DNA from: a virus
Virus record (IMG/VR): IMGVR_UViG_3300030328_002321
Coordinates: 21,959 to 85,958 of that record
Length of the DNA stretch: 64,000 nucleotides
Strand: one strand, 5' to 3'
Positions 7,551-17,699 of the stretch are shown here, piece after piece. The translations under genes and the position numbers were made by a program. The notes beneath the pieces were generated by a model. That model worked only from the letters and a program-made list of their open reading frames with translations. It ran no database searches and was not told where the DNA came from. How positions within the stretch are numbered: position 1 is the stretch's first letter; each line of letters starts with the position of its first letter.

Positions 7551-9445
7551 TTTATTTAGTAGATGGGTCAGTAGAAACGATACCTTCTCCACATTATCAG
7601 TTGGCAACGATTGATGATGTGGTTAAGTATTGTGAGAACAAAGAAATACTTGGTGTAGACACGGAGACTGAAGGTTTTGACTTTACTTGTAAAAAGATGA
7701 TTATGTTTCAAATTGGTGACAATGAAAAACAATTTGTAATTGATACTCGTATTATAGGTATTGAACCTTTACGCCAAATACTAGAAAATAAAACAATCAC
7801 TAAAATATTTCATAACGCAAAGTTTGACTACAAATTTATTAAACGATGGTCTAATATAGATTGTGAAGGTATTTATGACACCTTTTTAACTGAGCGTGTT
7901 CTTAATTGTGGTAAAGATAAGTATGGATATGGATTGAAAGATGTATGCAAAAGATATTTGAATGTAGATTTAAATAAAGATGTGCGTAATCAGTTTATAG
8001 GACTTACAGGTCAACCATTTAAAGATGATCAAATTGTGTACGGTGCAAAAGATGTAGAATATCTTATTAAAATACGTACGCATCAACTACCTCTTATAGA
8101 TAAGTATAAACTACATAATGTAGTTGAACTTGAAAATAAAGTAGTATCCTCATTTGCAGATATAGAATACAATGGTTTAGAACTAGATGTAGAACAATGG
8201 TCAAAGTTAGAAGCTCTTAACACTGACAATGCTAATAAATTAGAACAAGATCTAGATACCATGATTAGAAATGATTACAGAGTTAAACACTTTGTATCTA
8301 AATATGTGCAAACAGATATGTTTACTCCAATTGAAGAAATTAGAGATATAGATATAAAATGGACATCACCTAAACAAGTGTTAGAAGTTTTTAAATGTCT
8401 TATTCCTAATCTTGACAATGTTAATGGTAAACAAATGTATAAATATAGATTTAAGTTTCCTCTTATTGATAAATATGTAAAATATAAGGAAGCTATGAAA
8501 TTATGTACATCTTATGGTGATGCATTCTTTAAAAATCTAGCAAGTGATAACAAAATACATACAAACTTTCATCAGATACTAGATACTGGTCGTGTAAGTA
8601 GTAGTAAGCCTAACATGCAACAGATACCTGCAGATAATATGTATAGAAATTGTTTTACAGCTCCAGATGATTGGAGTTTTGTAAGTTCTGACTACAGTTC
8701 ACAAGAATTGAATGTAATTGCATTTGGCTCTAAAGATCCTGTATGGCTAAAAGCTTTAGAACAAGAACAAGATCTACACTCAACATGTGCAGAGCTAGTT
8801 TATGGGGAAGAATGGATTAATGCAGCTGAAGACAATTGCCTTTATATGAGTAAAAAACAAAAGTGTAATTGTCCTTCACATAAAAAATTAAGAACAAATG
8901 TCAAAACTATTAATTTCGGGCTTGCTTATGGGATGGGCCCTAATAAGCTTTCTGATACTCTTAACATCAGTTTGGATGCAGCTAAAGAGCTCATCGAAAA
9001 GTATTTCCAAGCGTTCCCAGCAATCAAAGGGTTCCTAGATAAGCTAGGTAACTTTGGTAAGAAATTTGGATATATTAAAACATTTCCTCCATATAATAGG
9101 AAAAGATGGTTTAGTAATTGGTATCCAAAGATTTGGAACAATAAATCATCTATGATGGAGCTTGGTAGCATCGAGCGTGCTAGTAAGAATACACCTATAC
9201 AAGGTGCATCTGCAGATATGACTAAACTTGCACTTATACTAATGCGAGATTATATAAAAATAACTGATTGTCCTGTAAAACTAGTAATGACAGTGCACGA
9301 TCAGATAGATACTATATGTAAAAATGATTATATAGATACGTGGACAGTTAAAATGCAAGAATTGATGGAACTAGCTGCAAATCAAATAGTAACAAACAAT
9401 TTATTAAAAGCAGAAGTAACAGTTAGTAATTGTTGGGAAAAATAA
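7547..9445 (+). CDS. polA: DNA polymerase family A with 3'-5' exonuclease
   Basis: ExoI DTETEG, ExoII HNAKFD, ExoIII YGAKD; TGRVSSSKPNMQQIP; motif A DYSSQEL; motif B RTNVKTINFGLAYG; NTPIQG; motif C VHDQI. Confidence 0.97.
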   Translation: MIYLVDGSVETIPSPHYQLATIDDVVKYCENKEILGVDTETEGFDFTCKKMIMFQIGDNEKQFVIDTRIIGIEPLRQILENKTITKIFHNAKFDYKFIKRWSNIDCEGIYDTFLTERVLNCGKDKYGYGLKDVCKRYLNVDLNKDVRNQFIGLTGQPFKDDQIVYGAKDVEYLIKIRTHQLPLIDKYKLHNVVELENKVVSSFADIEYNGLELDVEQWSKLEALNTDNANKLEQDLDTMIRNDYRVKHFVSKYVQTDMFTPIEEIRDIDIKWTSPKQVLEVFKCLIPNLDNVNGKQMYKYRFKFPLIDKYVKYKEAMKLCTSYGDAFFKNLASDNKIHTNFHQILDTGRVSSSKPNMQQIPADNMYRNCFTAPDDWSFVSSDYSSQELNVIAFGSKDPVWLKALEQEQDLHSTCAELVYGEEWINAAEDNCLYMSKKQKCNCPSHKKLRTNVKTINFGLAYGMGPNKLSDTLNISLDAAKELIEKYFQAFPAIKGFLDKLGNFGKKFGYIKTFPPYNRKRWFSNWYPKIWNNKSSMMELGSIERASKNTPIQGASADMTKLALILMRDYIKITDCPVKLVMTVHDQIDTICKNDYIDTWTVKMQELMELAANQIVTNNLLKAEVTVSNCWEK

Positions 9446-9518
9446 GTATGAGTGAGGTCTAATTAATCGGGTGTTTAAGAGACATCCTTAATATTAAATG
9501 TTTGCCTCACTCATATTT
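9444..9518 (+). other. Intergenic long stem-loop (family member)
   Basis: TATGAGTGAGG (9447-9457) / CCTCACTCATA (9505-9515), with an inner GGGTGTTT/AGACATCC hairpin. Confidence 0.7.
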
Positions 9519-9532
9519 AACAATACAAGTAA

Positions 9533-9621
9533 TTACGGCGGGACGGGCATAAAGAAAATAGAGCTGCACGAAGTGGTAACTAATTCATAACCCGTTAATA
9601 CTATTGTCCGTCCCGTGGTAA
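9533..9621 (+). other. Intergenic GC-rich stem-loop
   Basis: GCGGGACGGGCA (9538-9549) / TGTCCGTCCCGT (9605-9616) with G-U pairs, enclosing a 55-nt loop. Confidence 0.7.
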
Positions 9622-9636
9622 ATTAAATTTAAAATT

Positions 9637-9909
9637 ATGAAAGAAGAAACTAAATATTTTATAGAAGAACTAGAGCGTAGACAGCATCTAGAAGAATTAT
9701 ATAATCAAACTTATATTGAGTTTGATACTTATTTTAAAGATAGTGGTAAAATAGAAGTAAAAGCTAGAAATTATAGCTACGATGATACAAATTATAGTAA
9801 AATTGTTAAAGCTCCTGAAGAATATGTAGAGCCTCCAACACTTTTAACTATTAAAGAGGAGAATGATATGACTAAATATAAACTTAAAAAAGATAGAGTG
9901 GTATGGTAA
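9637..9909 (+). CDS. Hypothetical protein
   Basis: 90-aa ORF with an A-rich leader. Confidence 0.65.
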   Translation: MKEETKYFIEELERRQHLEELYNQTYIEFDTYFKDSGKIEVKARNYSYDDTNYSKIVKAPEEYVEPPTLLTIKEENDMTKYKLKKDRVVW

Positions 9910-10166
9910 AGAAAATTAGACAGACTCAAGTAGAGTCTTTAAAAAAGACACAAAAAAATATAGGAGAAAAACAACAAACTGTTTACTCCGTAATAAAATC
10001 TAAAGGTGGGGCTACTAATAGAATGATTGCCAAGCATTTAGGATGGGACATTAATAGAGTCACAGGTAGAGTAACAGAACTTGTAAATATGGGAATGGTT
10101 ACAACTACAGGAACATTTAAAGATAAAGAAACTAATAGAACAGTTACATTATGGCAAGTGTTATGA
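9903..10166 (+). CDS. Winged-HTH DNA-binding protein
   Basis: QQTVYSVIKSKGGATNRMIAKHLGWDINRVTGRVTELVNMGMV is a winged-HTH pattern. Confidence 0.8.
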   Translation: MVKKIRQTQVESLKKTQKNIGEKQQTVYSVIKSKGGATNRMIAKHLGWDINRVTGRVTELVNMGMVTTTGTFKDKETNRTVTLWQVL

Positions 10167-11311
10167 GTAAAATAAATGCAATAAGAGATAAAGAACAAAA
10201 AGCTGCCTTAAATGCATGGGCTAAACAAAACTTTATTGGTTCTATAATTGCAGGTACAGGTTTTGGTAAGTCTAGATGTGGTGTATTAGCAGTAGAATAT
10301 GCACTTAAAGATGGAGGAAATGCTTTGATACTTGTCCCTACTGTACAATTGCAAGAACAATTTGTAGAAGAATTTGAGAAATGGGGTGTATCTACAGATA
10401 ATGTAGAAATACTTTGTTATCAAAGTGCATATAAATTAAAGCGTAAAAGTTACACTATAGTTGTATGTGATGAGATCCATTTAGGTTTATCTCCAGAATA
10501 TCGTAAATTCTTTGAAAATAATGCTTCTAAAATGCTATTGTGTATGACTGCAACTCTTCCAGAAGAGCAAGAATACAAAGATATACTTTCTAAAATGGCA
10601 CCAACAGCTTATAAAATTACATTAGATAGATGTGTAAAATTAGGATTTGTAAGTCCTTATAAGATTACTTGTATACCGGTTAAATTAACTAGCGAAGAAA
10701 AAGAAAATTATAAAAAAGTAAATAATTCTTTTGTTTATAATAAATATCAGCTGGGACAATTTGACGCTTTTAATGAGGCAAGTAGAATATTAAAAAGTAA
10801 AACTGCAACTGGTCCTCAAAAAAGAGCTGCAGTATTATTTTGGAAAGCTATTAGAGATCGTAAAGCTATTGTAGATTATGCAACAAATAAAATAAAAAAA
10901 TTTAAGAGCATTTATTATAAAAATACAGATAAGAAAATACTTGTATTTGGAGGTGCTAATGATTTTACAGATCAATTGTGTGATTCTATAGCTCCTTATG
11001 CAATGGCCTATCATTCTAAAAAGACTAAAAAACAAAGAGATGTGGCCCTTGAATTATTTAAAACAGGAGATATAAATGTACTTTGTTCAACAAAAGCTCT
11101 TAATCAAGGTTTTGATGTTCCTAATGCAAATATGGGTATAATTTGTGGTATTACAAGCAAAGCTTTATCTATGATACAGCGTGTTGGACGCCTTGTTAGA
11201 TTTCAGGAAGGCAAAATAGGGGAAATCATAATATTGTATGTTGCTGATTCTCAGGAAGAAAAGTGGTTAAAGAACGCTACAAAAACATTAAAGAATGTTG
11301 TGTGGAAATAA
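10151..11311 (+). CDS. Superfamily 2 (DEAD/ResIII-like) helicase
   Basis: GTGFGKS (I), DEIH (II), MTAT (III), QGFDVP (V), QRVGRLVR (VI); the true start may be 10163 (ATGA overlap). Confidence 0.92.
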   Translation: MASVMSKINAIRDKEQKAALNAWAKQNFIGSIIAGTGFGKSRCGVLAVEYALKDGGNALILVPTVQLQEQFVEEFEKWGVSTDNVEILCYQSAYKLKRKSYTIVVCDEIHLGLSPEYRKFFENNASKMLLCMTATLPEEQEYKDILSKMAPTAYKITLDRCVKLGFVSPYKITCIPVKLTSEEKENYKKVNNSFVYNKYQLGQFDAFNEASRILKSKTATGPQKRAAVLFWKAIRDRKAIVDYATNKIKKFKSIYYKNTDKKILVFGGANDFTDQLCDSIAPYAMAYHSKKTKKQRDVALELFKTGDINVLCSTKALNQGFDVPNANMGIICGITSKALSMIQRVGRLVRFQEGKIGEIIILYVADSQEEKWLKNATKTLKNVVWK

Positions 11312-11323
11312 TTATTTAAAATA

Positions 11324-11355
11324 TTTGTATATAATAACAGAATTTATTATATTTG
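11324..11355 (+). promoter_or_regulatory. Bacteroidota sigma-A promoter upstream of the replication genes
   Basis: TTTG (11324-11327), 20-nt spacer, TATATTTG (11348-11355). Confidence 0.8.
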
Positions 11356-11407
11356 CTTTAGATTTTGAAAATAGTATAATAGAACTTTTTATAACCTTTA
11401 CTGCCAT

Positions 11408-11959
11408 ATGAATGTTGATATAGATTTTGAAGTGTTAGAGCAGACAGGAATGTCTGCAGACGATTTTCTATATCTTTATATAATACATAAGGAAAGTTAT
11501 ACTAAATTAATCAATCTTAATCTTAAACCAAATTTAGAGAAGTTACAAGAAGAAGGATATATTAAGCTAGGCGAAGCACCTGATCAACATTTTATTAGAC
11601 AAGAGTTTATAGATCTCTTTTCTTCTAATTTTGATCAGATGTTTGCTGAGCTTATAGGTACATATCCTATGAAAGTAATGACTACTGATAGAGGTATTAG
11701 AGTGTTACATGCTAAGGATCCAGATGCTAAGGCCAATGCTAAATGTAAAGCAAAGTACAAAAAGATTGTAGGAGAAAAAGTATATAAACATAGACATATA
11801 ATGAAATGTTTAGATACACAACTTACATTAGAAAAACATAATCTTGCATACATGCAAAACTTAGAAACATGGATTAATAACCATACTTGGGAAAAGTATG
11901 AAAACTTAGACGAAAATGACACAAAACAAGAAACTAACAGAATCACAAGATCCCTTTAA
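11408..11959 (+). CDS. Putative replication initiator / helicase loader
   Basis: Directly upstream of and overlapping dnaB; F.EL...YP.K and LETWIN..TWEKY resemble replisome-organiser C-terminal motifs. Confidence 0.6.
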   Translation: MNVDIDFEVLEQTGMSADDFLYLYIIHKESYTKLINLNLKPNLEKLQEEGYIKLGEAPDQHFIRQEFIDLFSSNFDQMFAELIGTYPMKVMTTDRGIRVLHAKDPDAKANAKCKAKYKKIVGEKVYKHRHIMKCLDTQLTLEKHNLAYMQNLETWINNHTWEKYENLDENDTKQETNRITRSL

Positions 11960-12860
11960 GAACAAAGGGTTTAAAAGCATAAGAAAAGCAATTAGCGCAT
12001 CGCTACATCAAGTAGCAGATGGAATGAATGGTAAACGTCAAGTTTATCCTACTAAATGGACAAGACTAAATAAAAATTTATTAGGTGGTTTGCAGCCAGG
12101 TAAAATGTATGTAATAGCTGGTCGTCCAGGTGTAGGTAAATCAGCGTTTAGTAATCAATTAATTTTTGACTTATTAGATAAAAATATAGGTAAAAACCTA
12201 TTAGTATTATATTGGTCTTTTGAGATGCCGGGTTATCAGCAGATACTACGTGCAGGTTCAAAAGGTATAAATAAACAAGTAGGAGAATTATTATCTGTAG
12301 GTAAAAAATTAGAAAACGAAGCATACCAAAGATTTAAAGAAGAAGTTATGAAATATGGGAACTATCCTGTTTATTTTAACAATGTTCCAAGAGATATAGA
12401 ATTTATTAAAGAAGCTAATGTAGATATAGCTAACAGACGTCCAGACTCAGTTGTAGTTAATGTGTTTGACCACTCTCGATTAATTTTAAGTAATAGAGAT
12501 ATGGAATTACAAAAACTAAATGATGTGAGTAAAGGGTGTATGTGGATGCAAGCAAATTTAGGTTGTATTAATATATTATTATCTCAGCTTAATCGTAATA
12601 TAGAATCTGAACATAGAGCTAAAGCACAATATCAGCCTTTGTTAACAGATTTATTTGGTGGAGATAGTATTGGTCAAGATGCACATGTAGTAATGATGCT
12701 TCAACGGCCTAATGATTTGTATGGTATTACAGATAAATACTGTAATGAAGATCCAATAGGATTATTAGCTGTACATATAGAGAAGAATCGTGATGGTTTA
12801 TTAGGTATGATACCTTATCAAGCAGAAATGTCAACATTTACAATAAAAGAAAGATTATGA
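11916..12860 (+). CDS. dnaB: DnaB-like replicative helicase (C-terminal ATPase domain only)
   Basis: AGRPGVGKS, SFEM, LSQLNR, DLFGGDSIGQDAH, IEKNRDG. Confidence 0.93.
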   Translation: MTQNKKLTESQDPFKNKGFKSIRKAISASLHQVADGMNGKRQVYPTKWTRLNKNLLGGLQPGKMYVIAGRPGVGKSAFSNQLIFDLLDKNIGKNLLVLYWSFEMPGYQQILRAGSKGINKQVGELLSVGKKLENEAYQRFKEEVMKYGNYPVYFNNVPRDIEFIKEANVDIANRRPDSVVVNVFDHSRLILSNRDMELQKLNDVSKGCMWMQANLGCINILLSQLNRNIESEHRAKAQYQPLLTDLFGGDSIGQDAHVVMMLQRPNDLYGITDKYCNEDPIGLLAVHIEKNRDGLLGMIPYQAEMSTFTIKERL

Positions 12861-12935
12861 TGTGGAGTAAATACTTATATGAACTATTTGTAAGAGAAAA
12901 TACAGATGAAAAATTATTAAAAAATATAGAAAAAT

Positions 12936-13097
12936 ATGAGCAAAAGAAACGGGAGGAACAAGATAAAATTAGGAGTCTTAAACGAAATAAATCAGATAGA
13001 CAAAAGAATGAAACGCTTTAAAAACGATGAAGATAAAGTTTCACAATTATTGTCTAGAAGAAATACTTTAAGATCTAAATTAAAAACTAAAAAATAA
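12936..13097 (+). CDS. Small basic hypothetical protein (53 aa)
   Basis: Hand-translated MSKRNGRNKIKLGVLNEINQIDKRMKRFKNDEDKVSQLLSRRNTLRSKLKTKK; ends 7 nt before the next ATG. Confidence 0.5.
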   Translation: MSKRNGRNKIKLGVLNEINQIDKRMKRFKNDEDKVSQLLSRRNTLRSKLKTKK

Positions 13098-13104
13098 TAT
13101 ATAG

Positions 13105-13812
13105 ATGGAAATTATGGAATTACCAAAAGCAAAGGTTAAGGCGAGCCGTAAATCGCCTAAAAATATGATAATATATGGAGCACCTAAAATAGGTAAAACT
13201 ACTGTATTGTCAAAATTAGATAATTGTTTAATTATTGATTTGGAAGACGGATCAGACATGGTTGATGCTTTAAAAGTTAAAGCTCATAGTTTGAAAGACT
13301 TACAAGCTATTGGTTCAGCAATTATAAAAGAAGGACGACCATATAAATATATAGCTATTGACACTATTAGTAAATTAGAAGAATGGTGTGAAGGGCATGC
13401 TAAACAAATTTATATGAAAACTCCTATGGGTAAAAACTTTGATAAAAATAATCCTGGAGCATCAGTTCTATCATTGCCAAATGGCGCAGGCTACTTATAC
13501 TTAAGATTAGCATATAAAGAATGGATAGACAAACTGAATAAACTTGCGGATCACGTAATCTTAGTTGGACATCTAAAAGATAAAATGCTTGAAAAGAAAG
13601 GTAAAGAGGTTGCTGTTAAGGATCTTGATTTAACTGGAAAAATTAAGCAAATTACTTGCACTAATTCAGATGCTATTGGTTATATTTACAGGGAAGGAAC
13701 AGATACTATGATTTCTTTCGATTCCCTAGATGATATAGCTGCTGGTACTAGATGTGCACACTTAAAAGGTAAGGCCATGCCTTTAAAATGGTCAGAAATT
13801 TTTATAGACTAA
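13105..13812 (+). CDS. AAA_24 / Sak4-like ATPase (ssDNA-annealing recombinase)
   Basis: IYGAPKIGKTT, IIDLEDGS, IAIDTISKL, GAGY, ILVGH, DAIGY. Confidence 0.85.
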   Translation: MEIMELPKAKVKASRKSPKNMIIYGAPKIGKTTVLSKLDNCLIIDLEDGSDMVDALKVKAHSLKDLQAIGSAIIKEGRPYKYIAIDTISKLEEWCEGHAKQIYMKTPMGKNFDKNNPGASVLSLPNGAGYLYLRLAYKEWIDKLNKLADHVILVGHLKDKMLEKKGKEVAVKDLDLTGKIKQITCTNSDAIGYIYREGTDTMISFDSLDDIAAGTRCAHLKGKAMPLKWSEIFID

Positions 13813-13835
13813 TTATTAATTAAAACCAATTTAAC

Positions 13836-14204
13836 ATGATTGAAGCAAATGAACCAACTAATGGCACAGTTGTAAAACAAGCAACGCCACCAAAGATTAC
13901 CACTACACAGATTATAGAAGATCTAGAAAATGGAATAAATAGAGATGGAATCAAAGAAAAGTATAGTTTAGAAACTTGGATGGTTACACAAATGTTTCAG
14001 CATCCTACATTAAAAGGTAGAAAAGCTAAGAAAGTTAGAACATTACCTTTTGAGTTTGTAGATGATACTGAAAACACTATAGAGACTAGAATGAAGGAAA
14101 CTGGTACAATTATAGATAGTAATCAAACTAGTATTCCTGTAGAAACAGTAGAAACAGTAGAAACTATAGAAGATACTACAAATACACAATTTACACAATT
14201 TTAA
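13836..14204 (+). CDS. Hypothetical protein (possible HTH) with a low-complexity tail
   Basis: 122 aa; short VET tandem repeat near the C-terminus. Confidence 0.7.
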   Translation: MIEANEPTNGTVVKQATPPKITTTQIIEDLENGINRDGIKEKYSLETWMVTQMFQHPTLKGRKAKKVRTLPFEFVDDTENTIETRMKETGTIIDSNQTSIPVETVETVETIEDTTNTQFTQF

Positions 14205-14224
14205 TAACCAATAAATAAATAATT

Positions 14225-14998
14225 ATGGCAATACAAAGTAATGCAAGTACCGAAGAGGTATCAGGAGGAGGAAGAGAATTCTACTCTGGTTTAACAAATA
14301 TGAATGTTGTAGCGGTTAATCCTACAATGGCAGAATTACATGCACTAGATGTGAATGTAAAACAAGAACCTGCATATTCAGGAACTAGTAACGATCAAGC
14401 TTGGAATAAAGTAACATTTTGGCTAGCAAATGAAGATGGTAAATTTAAATTAGATTTGTTTTTAAAGAATAATCACAAAGAATCTCAAACTGGAAAGTTT
14501 TTATGGCTAAATAATGTAGGTCAATCTACATGGTCAACTGATGCACCAACTTATGACTGGTGGAAATCAGAAGGTCAAAGAAAAGCTTATGATGGTGAAA
14601 GAGAATTAATTGAATTTACTAAAGCTTGGGCTAATGTTGCTGCTGGCGGATCTGTATTTTATGATACAATGGCAGATATTGTAAATGGTAATGTAACAGA
14701 GATTAAAACTCTTGCTGCAGCGCTTAAAAGCAATCAACTTCGAGTATTAGTGGGTGTTAAAGATGATAAATATCAAGGTATTTATACTGGATATTTTGGC
14801 AGAGTTAAACCTCAAAGAGATGATTTATTTATTAAAGCGCTTAATGATGAGTATACTCAGTTCAAGAATCATGATTTTAATGCAGACCTTAAATGGGGTA
14901 AGCATGTATCAACAGCTAGTCTAGTTACACCGGACACTATTGATGAAAATGAAGATTGGACAGTTCCTGCAGATCCTCAAGAAGACGCTCCCTTCTAA
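14225..14998 (+). CDS. Putative single-stranded DNA-binding protein
   Basis: Sits between the Sak4-like ATPase and the primase; acidic C-terminal tail ending EDAPF, like SSB tails. Confidence 0.65.
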   Translation: MAIQSNASTEEVSGGGREFYSGLTNMNVVAVNPTMAELHALDVNVKQEPAYSGTSNDQAWNKVTFWLANEDGKFKLDLFLKNNHKESQTGKFLWLNNVGQSTWSTDAPTYDWWKSEGQRKAYDGERELIEFTKAWANVAAGGSVFYDTMADIVNGNVTEIKTLAAALKSNQLRVLVGVKDDKYQGIYTGYFGRVKPQRDDLFIKALNDEYTQFKNHDFNADLKWGKHVSTASLVTPDTIDENEDWTVPADPQEDAPF

Positions 14999-15999
14999 TG
15001 GCTATTGATCGTAGAGATAGTAACGATCACCTACATACCGATGTCATACTTAGTAAAATTACTGAGTATGACATTTTTAGGTATTATTGTCCCAGTTTTA
15101 AAATACTTGGTAAGAAATTTAAAAGTGATCTTAGAGAAGATAAATCACCTACGGTTTCTATAATACCTTACAATGGCAAATTATTGTATAAAGATTTTGG
15201 TTCTTCTGATCATACTTTTGATTGTTTTAACTATGTAAAATTTAAATACAATTGTGATTTCTACTCTGCGCTAAACATTATTGACAATGATTTTAATCTT
15301 AACCTCAGTTCTAAAAAAGCTGGTATAAAATTTACTATGGGTCTTATGGCTTATAGACAAAATAAAGTACCATCTTATACTAAGTCTGAGGTTATTATTA
15401 AAAAGAAACGTCGACAATGGACTAGAGATGATGCAAAGTTTTGGGTTCAATATTTGGTTAGTAAGAAAATATTAACTATGTTTGGAGTCGAACCTATAAG
15501 TCATTTCTGGGTAAACAGTACTAGATTTACTTGTAAATCAATTACTTACGCTTTTAGATTCAAAAATCGATATAAAATTTATTCTCCTTATGAAGAAACA
15601 AATAAGTGGTTAAGCAATACAAAAAAGACAGATGTTCAAGGCTATGACCAACTCCCGTATAAAGGTGAGAGACTTATCATTACTTCATCTCTTAAAGATG
15701 TTATGTGTTTGTATGCAGCAGGCTATAATGCTATTGCGCTACAAAGTGAGATGCAAATACCTTCAGAAAAATTAGTAAAAGATTTAAAAGATAGATTTAC
15801 TATAATAGATATTTTATACGACAATGATTTCGACAAAGTAACAAATCCAGGCCAGACAATGGCTAAAAAGATTTGTGACTTATATGGTTTTAATAATATC
15901 TGCATACCTGATTATTATCAGTCTAAAGATCCATCAGACTTAATTAAACAGATGTGTAGTTTTAATGAACTTAAAAACATATTAAATGAATCGAGATGA
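14998..15999 (+). CDS. DNA primase (crAss-like, TOPRIM)
   Basis: SDLREDKSPT...YKDFG...DCFNYV N-terminal domain; LIITSSLKDVMCL, ILYDND, KDPSD TOPRIM motifs; start taken at the TAATG overlap. Confidence 0.88.
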   Translation: MAIDRRDSNDHLHTDVILSKITEYDIFRYYCPSFKILGKKFKSDLREDKSPTVSIIPYNGKLLYKDFGSSDHTFDCFNYVKFKYNCDFYSALNIIDNDFNLNLSSKKAGIKFTMGLMAYRQNKVPSYTKSEVIIKKKRRQWTRDDAKFWVQYLVSKKILTMFGVEPISHFWVNSTRFTCKSITYAFRFKNRYKIYSPYEETNKWLSNTKKTDVQGYDQLPYKGERLIITSSLKDVMCLYAAGYNAIALQSEMQIPSEKLVKDLKDRFTIIDILYDNDFDKVTNPGQTMAKKICDLYGFNNICIPDYYQSKDPSDLIKQMCSFNELKNILNESR

Positions 16000-17155
16000 A
16001 ATTATTGAAAAATTTAGAAAACAAAAAGGGTGGTTAAAAAAAGGAGCGCAATGGTTAGCTGATAAATGGGAAGTAGATATTGCTATTATTAAAGATTGTA
16101 AAAAAATTGTATCTTCTGAAGAATGGGTACAAGAACGCATGAATAATGATAATGGTCATGAGCTTAGTCAAAGTCAAGCTTTTTCAAAACATTTACTAGA
16201 TAATGGTTTAACAATGGCAGATGTAAAGTCTGTTAAGTTTTGGCAAAATTTTAACGGGGAACAACGTTACAGTATAGTAACACACAATCAGTGGCATGAA
16301 CAGCCCCAAGTTAAAGAAGAATTGCTAAACTATATTAAATCTATATCACATAAAGTACCTAAATATAAATGGAAAAAAGCTAAAGATCCTATATGCTATG
16401 AAATATCTTTACCAGATATACATTATGGTAAAATTACAGATGAATCACCTGATGCATTAGAAAAACATTATATGCAAGCTATTGTAGATCTACATAGAAA
16501 AGCAGATGGTCTTGATATAGAAAGATTTTTATTGCCAATAGGTAATGATGGTCTAAATTCAGAAGGTTATTCACGAGCTACAACTAAAGGCACACCTCAA
16601 CAAGATAGTATGCTATGGCGTCAGTCTTTTAGAGGTTATTGGCATTTAGTTACCAAAGCTATTGATTATTTAACACAATTTGCCCCGGTAGACGTTGTTG
16701 TAGTACAAGGTAATCATGACTTTGAACGTATGTTTTATGCTGGAGAAGTTTTAGCTGCAGTATATAACAATAATAAAAACGTTACTGTAGATAATGGTTT
16801 AGATGCACGTAAATACTACGAGTATGGAACAAATATGATAATGTTTACACATGGGGACAAAGAAAAAGCGCAAGAGTTACCACTTTTGATTGCTACAGAA
16901 CAACCTGAAATGTGGAGTAGATGTAAAATTAGAGAAGTACACTGTGGACATAAGCATAAAGAAATGCTTAATGAGTACATGGGTACTAAAGTTAGATTTA
17001 TACCATCTATTTGTGCTAACGACGCTTGGCATAAAACAAAAGGTTATGTAGGGACACTTAGATGCGGACAAGCATTTATTTGGAATAAGAATAGAGGTCT
17101 GGAAGGGTACCTACAAACAAATATTATGAGCTATGGCTTGGAAGAGACGAAGTAA
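15986..17155 (+). CDS. Calcineurin-like metallophosphoesterase / nuclease
   Basis: PDIHYG, GND, QGNHD, THGD and GHKH motifs. Confidence 0.88.
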   Translation: MNRDEIIEKFRKQKGWLKKGAQWLADKWEVDIAIIKDCKKIVSSEEWVQERMNNDNGHELSQSQAFSKHLLDNGLTMADVKSVKFWQNFNGEQRYSIVTHNQWHEQPQVKEELLNYIKSISHKVPKYKWKKAKDPICYEISLPDIHYGKITDESPDALEKHYMQAIVDLHRKADGLDIERFLLPIGNDGLNSEGYSRATTKGTPQQDSMLWRQSFRGYWHLVTKAIDYLTQFAPVDVVVVQGNHDFERMFYAGEVLAAVYNNNKNVTVDNGLDARKYYEYGTNMIMFTHGDKEKAQELPLLIATEQPEMWSRCKIREVHCGHKHKEMLNEYMGTKVRFIPSICANDAWHKTKGYVGTLRCGQAFIWNKNRGLEGYLQTNIMSYGLEETK

Positions 17156-17573
17156 ATCTAAAACTAAAGTTAAAAATGCTAAAAAGTCTACATATAAAGG
17201 TTTAGATTTTAAATCTAACTTAGAATTACACTGTTATAAGAAATTAGAAACAGCTAAAATTGAAGTTAAATATGAAGAAGAAACCTTTACAATTTTTCCA
17301 GCAACAATTTACCCACAAGCATGCTATGAAGGTACCTCTAAAAAGCTTTACAATAAAGGTAGTAAGATTAGACCAATTACTTACACACCGGATTTTGTAG
17401 ATCCAAAAGGTAAATTTATTATAGAAACAAAAGGCTATGCCAATGAGTCTTTTCCTTTAAGATGGAAGTTATTTAAAAAACATCTTAAAGATAATAATCA
17501 TCACTATGTGCTTTTTATGCCAAGAAACAAAAAGCAAGTAGATGAGGTTGTAGAATTAATAAAACAGTTATAG
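17133..17573 (+). CDS. PD-(D/E)XK endonuclease (T7 endonuclease I / DUF1064-like resolvase)
   Basis: FKSNLE...YTPDFV...IIETKG. Confidence 0.88.
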   Translation: MAWKRRSKSKTKVKNAKKSTYKGLDFKSNLELHCYKKLETAKIEVKYEEETFTIFPATIYPQACYEGTSKKLYNKGSKIRPITYTPDFVDPKGKFIIETKGYANESFPLRWKLFKKHLKDNNHHYVLFMPRNKKQVDEVVELIKQL

Positions 17574-17672
17574 AGTAAACCTAGGTGGTTACCCCTAGAC
17601 GGGCATTATAGCGAATGATTGACAAAACAACGAGTTATATTCCGGTTATATGTAAGTCCGCGTTTATTCTAT
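17570..17672 (+). other. Intergenic multibranched stem-loop
   Basis: Outer ATAGAGTAAAC/GTTTATTCTAT, inner CTAGG/CCTAG and CGGGC/GTCCG helices. Confidence 0.65.
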
Positions 17673-17699
17673 TTATTAACCAATTAAACACTTTAAATT

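Noticed and set aside
7547-12860. Inteins or introns in polA, the helicase or dnaB (also checked in terL)
   Set aside because: Lengths are normal, motifs are contiguous, and there are no intein splice-junction or homing-endonuclease motifs.
14138-14175. GTAGAAACA x3 microrepeat
   Set aside because: An in-frame 9-bp repeat encoding VET in a disordered tail; it cannot cause phase variation.
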